A stretch of 32,000 bases of DNA, taken from assembly GCA_022646745.1 (NCBI GenBank), contig CP060262.1:3930001-3962000 (forward strand). Reading direction: 5' to 3'. This document shows positions 1 through 8,467 of the stretch, piece by piece. Under the pieces are notes generated by a model that saw only the letters and a program-made list of their open reading frames with translations, made no database searches and was not told the DNA's origin. The position numbers and the translations under genes were made by a program. How positions within the stretch are numbered: the stretch's first letter is position 1; each line of letters starts with the position of its first letter. Origin of the DNA: Planctomycetales bacterium (GTDB lineage: Bacteria; 4484-113; JAFGCY01).

Positions 1-599
1 ATGCTCACGCTGGAGAAATCGTTGCACAGGAAGCTGTAGCTGCCGGCGTACTCGAAATAGCTTGGCAGCCCAAACGGGTCATACATCTGCCTGGTATTGA
101 CAACCCAGCATGGCTCGCCGGCCGCGCTGATTCCGTAGAGCAGGATGCCCTGCTTGAGGAAGGCGACCGCCTGGCTGCCTTCCCGTGGCTCAAGCAATTC
201 ACGGTACCGCTGCGGATCGGGCCGGCAGTTCCACAGTTCCTGTCCCTGTGCATCGAGGGCAAGCAGCTCACCCTTGCCTGTGGTCAGGTAGGTGATGGCA
301 TCTACCCGCTGGATCGGTGAGCGGATACTGTCAATCGTGTGCTCCCGGCTCCATAACACCCTGCCATCGGGAGTGATCATCTGGAGCTGTCCGGCCAGCA
401 TGTCCTGGGTGTAGACAAGGCAGCCATCTTCGGATGCATCCACTACGGCACACCATGTCGCATCAAGCTGCCTGCTCCAGAGCTGCGTGAGCCCACTGTC
501 CCTGCCGATTGCCAGCCTGAGCGTAATCCAGCCAGCCGCCCACAGCACGGCGTAAACTGCAATTGCCAGCACCATTTTCCGGTGGATCCTGCTTGCCAT
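1..599 (-). CDS. PQQ-like (BamB-like) beta-propeller repeat protein with N-terminal membrane anchor; partial, C-terminus lies beyond the left edge
   Basis: Not in the supplied ORF track because it is open to the edge. My hand translation of the minus strand from ATG 599 (second in-frame ATG at 575) gives MASRIHRKMVLAIAVYAVLWAAGWITLRLAIG...ITPDGRVLWSREH...LALDAQGQELWNCRP...GISAAGEPCWVVNT with no stop down to position 1. It has the same hydrophobic N-terminus and the same '(A/L)xDxxGxxxW' repeat signature as the four upstream paralogs. Confidence 0.7.
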   Translation of the reverse strand, partial: MASRIHRKMVLAIAVYAVLWAAGWITLRLAIGRDSGLTQLWSRQLDATWCAVVDASEDGCLVYTQDMLAGQLQMITPDGRVLWSREHTIDSIRSPIQRVDAITYLTTGKGELLALDAQGQELWNCRPDPQRYRELLEPREGSQAVAFLKQGILLYGISAAGEPCWVVNTRQMYDPFGLPSYFEYAGSYSFLCNDFSSVS

Positions 600-697
600 G
601 TTTCCCTGCCAGTCCCTGCAAAGATGCCCGTTCAGTTATTGCTCCGGGCAAACAATGGTTCAATTGTAAATCAGGACGCTGCCGGACCGTCCCGGGT

Positions 698-1879
698 TCA
701 GAAGCCACGCCACATGGAACCCGGCGGGCCATGGAAGGTGAGTACGCTGTTGTTCCCCACCTCGAACTGGCCGATCAGACCACCGGAGAAGGTCAGGGCT
801 CCGTGGCTGCGCACCATCTCCCCATCGGCGGCCTGCCAGATGACCTGCCCGTCGGGATCCACACAGAACCCAAGCTCAGAGATGCGGAACGGGAACATCC
901 CTTCGCGCTCGACAGAGCCGTTGTAGGCTTGCTGGTAACGGACAAAGGCAAACATATGACCGTCCGGCGCACCAACGAAGTAGGAGAAGCCGGTGTCGCC
1001 AACCGGCAGTTCGGTACGCCACAGCTCCTCACCTGCCGTGCTGATGCATAGTGCGGTCCTGCGATAATCGTGAGCAAAAATCCGTCCATTGGACACGGCG
1101 GTCGGCAGGCAGGTAATGTCCATCTCGAGCTCCCATAGCAGCTTGCCATCGCTGTCCAGGGCTCGAAGCCTGCCGTCAGTGCTGTAACCGTAGAAGCTGC
1201 TGCCATCCGTCACGCAGCTCTGCATTTCGGGATTGCTCCAGAGCAATTCTCCGTTCCCGTCCAGCGCAAGGATCATCCCGTAGAAGCAGCTGATATACAG
1301 CCTTTCCCCATTCGTACTCGATTGGAGTTGGGCATTGCTCCCTACATTGAATTCCCAAAGCGGATTGCCCTGCAGGTCGAATGCTCCGAGCATCTGTGCG
1401 TCATCGTCGGCAATCACCACCATCCCGTCCAGGAACGCCGCCTCATTGCCAAACTGGCAGTCAAAGGAACGGCCATAGGTTGACAGCGTAAGTTCGGTTT
1501 CCAGCGGCACCATCACGGACGGGTCCGCCCGCGACACAAGCAGGGGCCGGGAGTATGAATCAGTGATGGCCAACCAGTCGTCATTCCAGCCGCGGATCTC
1601 GAGTCGACCGGGATTGAATGTCATTTCCGAGCCATCCGGCCAGACGGCATCCATGCCTGTACCCTGTGCAATCAGCTGCTCCGGTTCACCGGGCACCATG
1701 CGATAAAGGCTGAAAGTCGGCATGTCCAGTGAAAGGATGCTGCCATCCTCCAGCTCGGCATAGTAGTAACCGGAGAGGGAGTAACTGCGCGTGTCTGATG
1801 CCGGCAGCACTTCAGGCTGGGCTTGCAACATAGCTGATGGGATGGCAACAAGCAGCAGTGCGATGACGAGCGCTTTCAT
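698..1879 (-). CDS. secreted PQQ-like (BamB-like) beta-propeller repeat protein
   Basis: 393-aa ORF with a type I signal peptide, MKALVIALLLVAIPSAMLQA/QP. Repeats: GAFDLQGNPLWEF, ILALDGNGELLWSN, LRALDSDGKLLWEL, CISTAGEELWRT, CVDPDGQVIWQA. GGAGG lies 7 nt before the ATG. The start overlaps the upstream stop as ATGA (1876-1879). Confidence 0.8.
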   Translation of the reverse strand: MKALVIALLLVAIPSAMLQAQPEVLPASDTRSYSLSGYYYAELEDGSILSLDMPTFSLYRMVPGEPEQLIAQGTGMDAVWPDGSEMTFNPGRLEIRGWNDDWLAITDSYSRPLLVSRADPSVMVPLETELTLSTYGRSFDCQFGNEAAFLDGMVVIADDDAQMLGAFDLQGNPLWEFNVGSNAQLQSSTNGERLYISCFYGMILALDGNGELLWSNPEMQSCVTDGSSFYGYSTDGRLRALDSDGKLLWELEMDITCLPTAVSNGRIFAHDYRRTALCISTAGEELWRTELPVGDTGFSYFVGAPDGHMFAFVRYQQAYNGSVEREGMFPFRISELGFCVDPDGQVIWQAADGEMVRSHGALTFSGGLIGQFEVGNNSVLTFHGPPGSMWRGF

Positions 1880-3075
1880 AGTCCCGCCTCCAGACCATAT
1901 ACCCAGACGCCTTGCCTCGCATGCCAGACCACTATGCCTCCTCCCGCAATCGCTGACATGTGATAGTCCTCGGAAAGTACGGGGCCAAACAGCGACTGCT
2001 GCCAGGCGATCCGATCGTCTGAAACCTCAAGCATGATGATGTCACTTACGAATGCTGATCCATCCTTGCCCGCAGGTAGCTCCTCGGCGGCAGGCAGGCC
2101 CACGAGAGCAGTCCCGGCTGCCTGGCCATCCGCCAGTGGCGTGCTGCCCAGCAGCAGCACGCGAGTCCCGGACTGCACCACATCAAGCACCTGCCCTGGC
2201 AGGTCCAGCGCGTCACTGTGAACCACCAGGCTGTCGTCAAGCAGGCCAAACACCCTGCCCCAGCGCCTGCCTCCCCAGCCAATGTTGCCAGTTCCGAACT
2301 GGAAGTCCTTGAATCCGCCGCTGTCAAGCGACTCCGTGCGCATGCTCGACTCCAGCGAGAAGCTGAGCTGTTGGTCCAGCAGCTGCATACGGCCATCATC
2401 GCCATACACCAGCATCCGTCCGTCCGGCAGCACCGCCGCATGGTCCCCCCAGCGGGTGCCTTCCGGGCCGTTGATACTGTGCTTGATGCCTTGGCTGTCC
2501 AGCCAAAGGAGCTCCCGGTCCGGCGTACGATACATCCACAGCAGGTCCAGCGGCAGCTGCTGCGGGTCAAATGGATCCAGCCAGGTGTCGTAGAGTTCTC
2601 CGTTGTCAGACATCCAGCACAAGCCGCCGCTGCTGTCCAGTCCGTAATCGAAGCGCCCGTCGGAGGTCCGCACTACTGCAGGCGCTGCGTCCGTCCCCGG
2701 CAGGTGCTCCAGTGCTTTCCACGGTTCGGGATGGAATTCCCAGGCCGGCTGCCCTTGCCTGTCCACTGCCCAAGCCTGGCCACCCATGCCGGTGAATATC
2801 GTGAACCCGGGAAACTCGTAGCAGCGCCAGGCAATGTTCCAGCGCAGCCAGTCCGCATGCCAGATGTGCTGTCCCGTGGCATCATAGTGGGAGATGCCAA
2901 GGTTGACATCCTTGACATACAGGCCGCCCTTGTTGCCAACGACCACGGATGATTCGCCTGCTGCCGCTGGCAGGCTCCACTTCAGCTGCAGCGGATCATC
3001 CTGCGCCATCGCCACCCCGCCAGCCAGCAGGCATGCCAGCAAGGCCATAAGTCCCGTCACCCTTGTTCGTGTCAT
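1876..3075 (-). CDS. secreted PQQ-like (BamB-like) beta-propeller repeat protein
   Basis: 399-aa ORF with signal peptide MTRTRVTGLMALLACLLAGGVAMA/QD. Repeats: HYDATGQHIWHADW, WAVDRQGQPAWEF, GLDSSGGLCWMS. Paralogous to its neighbours. Confidence 0.8.
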   Translation of the reverse strand: MTRTRVTGLMALLACLLAGGVAMAQDDPLQLKWSLPAAAGESSVVVGNKGGLYVKDVNLGISHYDATGQHIWHADWLRWNIAWRCYEFPGFTIFTGMGGQAWAVDRQGQPAWEFHPEPWKALEHLPGTDAAPAVVRTSDGRFDYGLDSSGGLCWMSDNGELYDTWLDPFDPQQLPLDLLWMYRTPDRELLWLDSQGIKHSINGPEGTRWGDHAAVLPDGRMLVYGDDGRMQLLDQQLSFSLESSMRTESLDSGGFKDFQFGTGNIGWGGRRWGRVFGLLDDSLVVHSDALDLPGQVLDVVQSGTRVLLLGSTPLADGQAAGTALVGLPAAEELPAGKDGSAFVSDIIMLEVSDDRIAWQQSLFGPVLSEDYHMSAIAGGGIVVWHARQGVWVYGLEAGL

Positions 3076-3128
3076 GGATGGATTGTAAGGCAGGGACGCT
3101 TACTATGCACAATCGCTGTTCTACCGGC

Positions 3129-4292
3129 TTATTGTTGGCTTCCTGATGAATCGACCGGATCGAGGCAGACCAAGGTTTCCGGCTTGCGCTCATAGACGTA
3201 CAACCGGCCATCATAACCAGGCAGGTAGTTGCCATTGTGAGAAGCAGTCTTAGTCGAACTCCAGAGGAACCTGCCCTGTGGATCAATGCAGCTCCACCGA
3301 CTATCCCTGACGGTACTACCTGTTGTGAATCTCGATAAAAACATGCTGCGTCCAATACTCCAGTCAATTCGCCAGATAAAGACATATCCATCCGGACTGA
3401 TGTAATACGGCGAAGTGAACTCGTCGCCCATGTCATACACCCATTGTTCCTTGCCTTCCCGGTCATAGGCATGCAGGAACTGGCCACTGCCGACAACGCA
3501 CAGCGGGCTGCGTGGCTCCGTCAGCAGGCGTGGGAATTCCATGTCCAGAAGTGGAACCTGCCACTGCTCTTTGCCATCCCAATCAAGGCACAGCAGGTTT
3601 CCCTTATCGTCCAGCGTAACCAGCCTGTCACCCATGGACAGGGTGGAGAAGCAGCCCATGCGCTTCCAGAGCAGCTCTCCCTGCGGGCTGAGGCAATGCA
3701 ACGAGCCGGACTGGCAACCAAGAGCAATTCGCTTGTCGTCATCTGCCCTTAGCAGGTAGCTGCCTGCGTCGCCGTTGAAGCGCCAGGCAGGCTGCAGCGC
3801 AGAGTCATATGCCTGCACGAACTGGCTGTTGTAGAGGATGACCGGATTGCCATCTAGGGAGCATGCGTCAAAGCGGTCACTCATGTTTACTCGCGGGGGC
3901 CAGCCGGATCCTTCCGGAATGCCGAGTTCGACATATTCATTGCCAGCATTGCCATCCAGCACCCAGGTCCGTCCGTCAGCGGCGACGATGTAGCGTCCCT
4001 CACCGATCGGGACGAGCTGGTTGAGGCCCTGGCTCCTGAGGGCATCCGGCAGCAAAGGACTTCCGGATCCAGCGGAGCTGGCCTGCCCCAGGTCTACGCC
4101 GGAAAACTCACCAGCTGCTGAAACCTCTGCCATTCCCCTGCCGTGGTAAAGCCGCAGGCTGTTGTCAGGCAGCACTTCCATGCTGCCATACAACCTGGTC
4201 TCATATGTGTGCTGTACGTTCTCCTCTTCCGCACGGGACATATCGCAGGCGGACAGGATCATTGCGCAAAGCAGCAGGGCGATGATCCTCAC
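3129..4292 (-). CDS. PQQ-like beta-propeller repeat lipoprotein
   Basis: The track ORF is 3129..4325 with a TTG start. An internal GTG at 4292 overlaps the upstream stop as GTGA and follows GGAG. It yields a clean lipoprotein signal, (M)RIIALLLCAMILSAC. Repeats: AYDSALQPAWRF, HCLSPQGELLWKR, LCLDWDGKEQWQV, HAYDREGKEQWVY, CIDPQGRFLWSS. Confidence 0.75.
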   Translation of the reverse strand: MRIIALLLCAMILSACDMSRAEEENVQHTYETRLYGSMEVLPDNSLRLYHGRGMAEVSAAGEFSGVDLGQASSAGSGSPLLPDALRSQGLNQLVPIGEGRYIVAADGRTWVLDGNAGNEYVELGIPEGSGWPPRVNMSDRFDACSLDGNPVILYNSQFVQAYDSALQPAWRFNGDAGSYLLRADDDKRIALGCQSGSLHCLSPQGELLWKRMGCFSTLSMGDRLVTLDDKGNLLCLDWDGKEQWQVPLLDMEFPRLLTEPRSPLCVVGSGQFLHAYDREGKEQWVYDMGDEFTSPYYISPDGYVFIWRIDWSIGRSMFLSRFTTGSTVRDSRWSCIDPQGRFLWSSTKTASHNGNYLPGYDGRLYVYERKPETLVCLDPVDSSGSQQ

Positions 4293-5563
4293 TGGCCTGC
4301 TCCAATCACATAGCAGTCCAGCCAATCTCCATTGCTTATGTACACCCGGGAGCCGCTGACTGCCAGGCGAAACCTCACATTCCCGATGTACGGGATGCTG
4401 ATGCTGCCAAGTATCCGCTCATCACTGACGAGCTGTAACCTGCGGTCCGTGTTATAGCCGTAGAACCCCTGGCTTTTGAGGTACTGTGTCTTGCCGGGGA
4501 ACAGGAAGCTGTCCAGTGGCTTGATGCTGTCACCGAGTTTGCGCAGGCTGCGAGCAATGTTGTCAGCATCCTGGGTCATCAATACGAAGCCGGCGTCACA
4601 GGGCTTCACTTCGTCAATCCGGCTGCTGATCGGTGCATGCTCCGCAATCTGCCGGCCCTGCAGGTCAAGGATTGCCAGGCTGGAATCATTGAACAGCACG
4701 AGCAGGCGATTGCCGCCACAGAATGACTTATCAATCCTGACAGCGGTGGAGGGAATTGGAACCGTGAAGATCTGTGCGTCCTTGCCATCCATTAGCTGGA
4801 AGCGATCCTCACATCGCAGCAGGGGCACCTCTCCTTCAGTCAGTCCAACCAGCTGGACCAGCTCAGGAGCTGGTGCCAGTGAAGCATGCTCAACCGGCTT
4901 TGGCTCACTGAGCAATTCAGTGGACGGAACGGAGACGCTGCCATCCGGCCAGGCAGTTGTCATGTTGGCCCAGTTGATCACATAAGCCGCCTGCCCGTTG
5001 ATTGTCATCCGGGAGTGCAGGTGCTCGATCCACGGGTCTGCTCCAGGGTTGACCGTCCAGCACAATTCTCCATCAGTCCTCAGGCCGTACAGCATGGAGC
5101 CATTCTGGCTGTATAACTCGGCAGTTGGCGCAGTTGCCAGTTTCAGTGGGTCGCTGAATTCGCGGGACTGCTCATCGTATGACCACTGCCTGTTCCCGGC
5201 TGCATCCACTGCATACATCCGGCCGTCAGTCAGGCTGATGTAGCAGTTGCCATCCTGCTCATGGACGCAGTCCTTCAAGTAGACTCCTGACTCGCGAAAC
5301 GTCCAACGGACCTCTCCACTCTGTGGGTCGATCGAGATTACGCCTGCACTTATTCCACGGTTGTCCAGCAGGTACAGCCCGCCCTCATTTCCAGCCTGCA
5401 GATTCATGTACTCGTAAGCCAAGGGGATCCGCCAGGCGTGTGTGAATGGGGATTGCTCGCGTCGGCCCTGCCCCAGGTACAGCGCTCCCGCCAGCCACAG
5501 CAGCAGGCAGGCCAGCATCGTGCCGGCAATCAGCCTGTGCTCGCGGGATGTCGCTTGCTGCAT
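4289..5563 (-). CDS. membrane-anchored PQQ-like beta-propeller repeat protein
   Basis: The track ORF is 4289..5659 with a GTG start that overlaps the upstream gene by 73 nt. The in-frame ATG at 5563 gives MQQATSREHRLIAGTMLACLLLWLAGALYLG, a signal anchor, and removes the overlap. Repeats: ISIDPQSGEVRWTF, YAVDAAGNRQWSY, YGLRTDGELCWTV. The start is uncertain. Confidence 0.7.
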   Translation of the reverse strand: MQQATSREHRLIAGTMLACLLLWLAGALYLGQGRREQSPFTHAWRIPLAYEYMNLQAGNEGGLYLLDNRGISAGVISIDPQSGEVRWTFRESGVYLKDCVHEQDGNCYISLTDGRMYAVDAAGNRQWSYDEQSREFSDPLKLATAPTAELYSQNGSMLYGLRTDGELCWTVNPGADPWIEHLHSRMTINGQAAYVINWANMTTAWPDGSVSVPSTELLSEPKPVEHASLAPAPELVQLVGLTEGEVPLLRCEDRFQLMDGKDAQIFTVPIPSTAVRIDKSFCGGNRLLVLFNDSSLAILDLQGRQIAEHAPISSRIDEVKPCDAGFVLMTQDADNIARSLRKLGDSIKPLDSFLFPGKTQYLKSQGFYGYNTDRRLQLVSDERILGSISIPYIGNVRFRLAVSGSRVYISNGDWLDCYVIGAGQ

Positions 5564-5586
5564 CTGCTGCAAGCATAGCGCAGAAG

Positions 5587-5982
5587 CTAGTGTTCCTCCC
5601 AGACGATCAGCGCCGCATCCGCCAGGTCGTTGTCTGGCATTCCGAACAAGCGCCGCCACATCTGCTTGAACTCGGCCTCGTCATGCGGCCACTGTTCCAG
5701 CCACTCCCTGAATTGCGGCCACTGGAACAGCGTCGGGATGTCCCCCACCCCGCGGCAGTAGTCGTGGATCATCTCCCAGCAGATCGGCACCACCGTGCCC
5801 GGCTTCTGTGCCGTGCTGCCGCGCATGAAATTCACCAGCACGCCGCGCTCGGGCTTGTCCTCGCCGCGCACCATCGCCACCCCGGTGCCCCGGTCCACGG
5901 CGTAGTAATGCGGCTCGATGTATACGATCTGCACGGCTAGGATGATAGCCGAGGGCGGCTGCTGGGAACCTCTGGCTTGCAC
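5587..5982 (-). CDS. hypothetical small soluble protein (family not recognised), first gene of the minus-strand array
   Basis: 131-aa ORF with a GTG start and globular-looking composition (IVYIEPHYYAVDRGTG...PICWEMIHDYCRGVGDIPTLFQWPQFREWLEQW). The two ORFs overlapping it in other frames are Arg/Pro-rich junk. It has no signal peptide. The start codon is uncertain. Confidence 0.5.
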   Translation of the reverse strand: MQARGSQQPPSAIILAVQIVYIEPHYYAVDRGTGVAMVRGEDKPERGVLVNFMRGSTAQKPGTVVPICWEMIHDYCRGVGDIPTLFQWPQFREWLEQWPHDEAEFKQMWRRLFGMPDNDLADAALIVWEEH

Positions 5983-6050
5983 TCTGTAACGATTTGCCCA
6001 ACAATTGCATCAGGTAATCGGACAGTCCGTGGGAAGGAGGGGAACAGCAG

Positions 6051-7229
6051 ATGGATGGATTGCAGGAGCAGGCCGGTATCCGGCGAAAGGGCCTGACAAT
6101 TCTGCCGGCCTGGCTGCAGGACAACCCCCTGCCCGCAATCTGGCAGCTGACCCTGCTGAAGCGCAGGCGCAAGCGCCCGATCTTCCAGTTCTACTCCGCC
6201 GCTGTGCTGTTCTTCCAGGTGCTGGCGCTGCTCTGTGTCCCGGCCTACCTGATTGACTGGTACACCAATGCCTACTTCCTCACCGAGCTGCTGATGGCGG
6301 AATCGCTTCTCTCATTCTTCTGGCTGCTGCTGGAATTCACGTCATGCCTGAACTTCGCCGGCAACCTGATGCGCAGCGAGACTTCCTCCACCTTCCCGAT
6401 CATCGACGAGGCGCTGGCGGCCAGCAGCCTGCAGGACCGGGACTTCATCCTGGCAATGCTGCAGGCCAGCCTGCCGCGCCTGATGATTCCATCCGCGCTG
6501 CTCTGTCTCGCGGTGGTGATGCTATTCCAGACTGACTTCCTGCTGTATTCATACGGGTACAACGGGCTTGGCATAGCACAGTGGCTTTCACTGACAACAT
6601 TGTCAATGGTTTCGATGTCCGGCCTGCTGCTGCTGCACTTCGGCCTCGGGATGCAGCAGGAGAAACGCTTCGCCGCCAGCACCGGGACAGTGATGGCCGG
6701 ACTGGCCCAGCTGCTGACAATCGCCAGTTGGTTCCTGACCTACGACGAGGAGTGGATGACAGATTTCAGCAGCTACTGGCGCTACCAGTATTTCAACCCG
6801 CACCTGCTGGATCTCCAGAATTACTACTGCAATTCGCAGCTTGGGATGCTGCTGATCCAGTTCATGCTGGTGCTGCTGCTGCTGCACCTGGCAACGCACA
6901 ACGGATGGCTGCGCCGCCTGCTGCTGCTGGGCTGGCCGGCGCTCTGCGGCATCCTACTGACAACCTTCCTCCTCAGTCTGCAGTACATCGATCCAGAGAA
7001 TTTCTCCTACCTGACCGGACTAAGGTTCATCAGCCGCGCAGGCCAGCCGCTGTCCTTCGTCAACCTGGATGTGATATACATGCATTTTGTCGGTAACGAC
7101 ACCTCCGTGCAATCTGCCCATGTCGGCAGGCTGCAGGCATTGACGGTGCTGCTGCAGTTCGCATACGCGTTCACTTTCCTGCAGTTCGCCAGGAGAATGC
7201 TGTCCATCCATCGAAGGGGGACAGCATGA
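6051..7229 (+). CDS. polytopic membrane protein, divergent ABC-2 (NosY/GldF-type) permease-like, paralog 1
   Basis: 392-aa ORF with GGAGG at 6036-6040. About 7-8 hydrophobic spans. N-terminal amphipathic motif NPLPAIWQLTLLKRRRK starts at 6123. The loop after TM2, IIDEALAASSLQDRDFILAML, resembles the ExGTLExLLxxPhSxxEIxxGK loop of ABC-2 permeases. The stop overlaps the next start as ATGA (7226-7229). Confidence 0.6.
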   Translation: MDGLQEQAGIRRKGLTILPAWLQDNPLPAIWQLTLLKRRRKRPIFQFYSAAVLFFQVLALLCVPAYLIDWYTNAYFLTELLMAESLLSFFWLLLEFTSCLNFAGNLMRSETSSTFPIIDEALAASSLQDRDFILAMLQASLPRLMIPSALLCLAVVMLFQTDFLLYSYGYNGLGIAQWLSLTTLSMVSMSGLLLLHFGLGMQQEKRFAASTGTVMAGLAQLLTIASWFLTYDEEWMTDFSSYWRYQYFNPHLLDLQNYYCNSQLGMLLIQFMLVLLLLHLATHNGWLRRLLLLGWPALCGILLTTFLLSLQYIDPENFSYLTGLRFISRAGQPLSFVNLDVIYMHFVGNDTSVQSAHVGRLQALTVLLQFAYAFTFLQFARRMLSIHRRGTA

Positions 7230-8467
7230 TCAACAGGCTCATTGCTCATATCATGCGTATCACCCGCGGCTGGGTCACTGCCCTGCTGGATATCCGCCGC
7301 AATCCGTTGCCCGCGGCCTGGGGCATGTCCGAATCACGCGGCAATGCGGCCTACCTCAAGCGCTTCGCGATCGGGATGGGCCTGTACGGCATTGCCAGCT
7401 GGCTTGGGATCATCGCGAGCGCTAGTTACCTGACCGGTGACCAGCTGGCCAACAACAAACAGAGCTTCGTGAACAACTACTTCTTCGAGCTGGAGGACCT
7501 TGGCAACTGGCTGCTGCAGCAGCCCGGCGCTGCCTGGTGCCTGCTGCTGGCCCTGGCCTGGCTGCTTGTAACTTTCCGCAAGGCAATCACCACTTCGCTG
7601 GGCTTCCTCGACAGCGAACCACGCCAGCAGACGCATATCACCTATGACGACATGCTGGCCTGTTCGCAACTCAACGAGTACGAGGTGCTGCTCGGTGCGC
7701 TTTACTACTGTGTCCGCCTCGTGTTCCTGCCCCTGCTGGCATTCTCAATCTGTTGTGCCTATTCCACATACAGCTTCTTCGAGGCTGAGATTGCCGGCAA
7801 TTTCAACGGCGGACTCGCCGGCCTGCTGGCGCACATGTTCGCTGCAGTGCCACTGCTGTTCACCTCCGGCATGCTGGCGGCAATCGCATTGTTCCTGCTG
7901 ACAATCAGCCTGAGCCTGAGCTCCCGCCAGCGTACCGCTCCGCAGGTCGGCGGCTTCCTGCACACCACGGTGCAGTTCCTGCTGATCGTGCTGGCAGCCT
8001 ACCTGCTCTACTCGCAGTTCCAGTACTGGGGCTTCACGAATGACGCAGTGTTCCGCGATTTCGGCAACGTGATGTTCAGCATCAGCTTCCTGGTGACAAC
8101 CCTGATGCTCTACCTCGCCCGGCGGCTGAACTGGCTGCGCATGCTGCTGCAGCAGGGCTTCCCGGTGCTGCTTGGAGCCTTCCACCTGTTCTGTGCACTG
8201 CCGCTGGCCTATGCCTATACACTGGACAGCGACTGGCTGAACATGCTCAGCATTGCGGCTGACGGCCTGCGTCCACTGAGCCTGTCAGCCACGGCGCTAC
8301 AGGCCAGCTGGCTGCAGCAGATCCAACATCCCTACTGGGCGCGGGGCGACCGCGGCTTTGAGTACTACGCGATCGTCTCGCAGCTGATCGTGCAGTTGGC
8401 CTACCTCGCCCTGTTCGCTGAGTTTGCCCGTGACGCAGTGCGCCGTCGCAAGTGGGGCGTGATGTGA
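7226..8467 (+). CDS. polytopic membrane protein, ABC-2 permease-like, paralog 2
   Basis: 413-aa ORF with AAGGGGG 5 nt upstream of the ATG. Motif RRNPLPAAWGMSESRG starts at 7301. Loop: TYDDMLACSQLNEYEVLLGAL. Multiple hydrophobic spans. Confidence 0.6.
   Translation: MINRLIAHIMRITRGWVTALLDIRRNPLPAAWGMSESRGNAAYLKRFAIGMGLYGIASWLGIIASASYLTGDQLANNKQSFVNNYFFELEDLGNWLLQQPGAAWCLLLALAWLLVTFRKAITTSLGFLDSEPRQQTHITYDDMLACSQLNEYEVLLGALYYCVRLVFLPLLAFSICCAYSTYSFFEAEIAGNFNGGLAGLLAHMFAAVPLLFTSGMLAAIALFLLTISLSLSSRQRTAPQVGGFLHTTVQFLLIVLAAYLLYSQFQYWGFTNDAVFRDFGNVMFSISFLVTTLMLYLARRLNWLRMLLQQGFPVLLGAFHLFCALPLAYAYTLDSDWLNMLSIAADGLRPLSLSATALQASWLQQIQHPYWARGDRGFEYYAIVSQLIVQLAYLALFAEFARDAVRRRKWGVM

Noticed and set aside
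5-732. Track ORFs 5..271(-), 463..732(-), 563..1051(+) and 582..926(+)
   Set aside because: All lie in alternative frames over the partial propeller gene (1-599) or the 698-1879 gene. Their products are Arg/Pro/Cys-rich with no signal or repeat structure.
5983-6050. Attempted to call divergent promoters in the 68-bp gap between the two big gene arrays
   Set aside because: I found only weak hexamers (TTGCCC or TTGCAT with poor -10 partners). The promoters may lie inside the flanking coding sequence. The evidence is insufficient to annotate.
5446-6172. ORFs 5446..5940(+) 164 aa and 5681..6172(-) 163 aa, overlapping the 131-aa gene
   Set aside because: Both are Arg/Pro/His-rich with low-complexity composition. 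5681..6172 would also run across the SD and start of the 6051 gene. The 5587..5982 frame is the only one with globular-protein composition.
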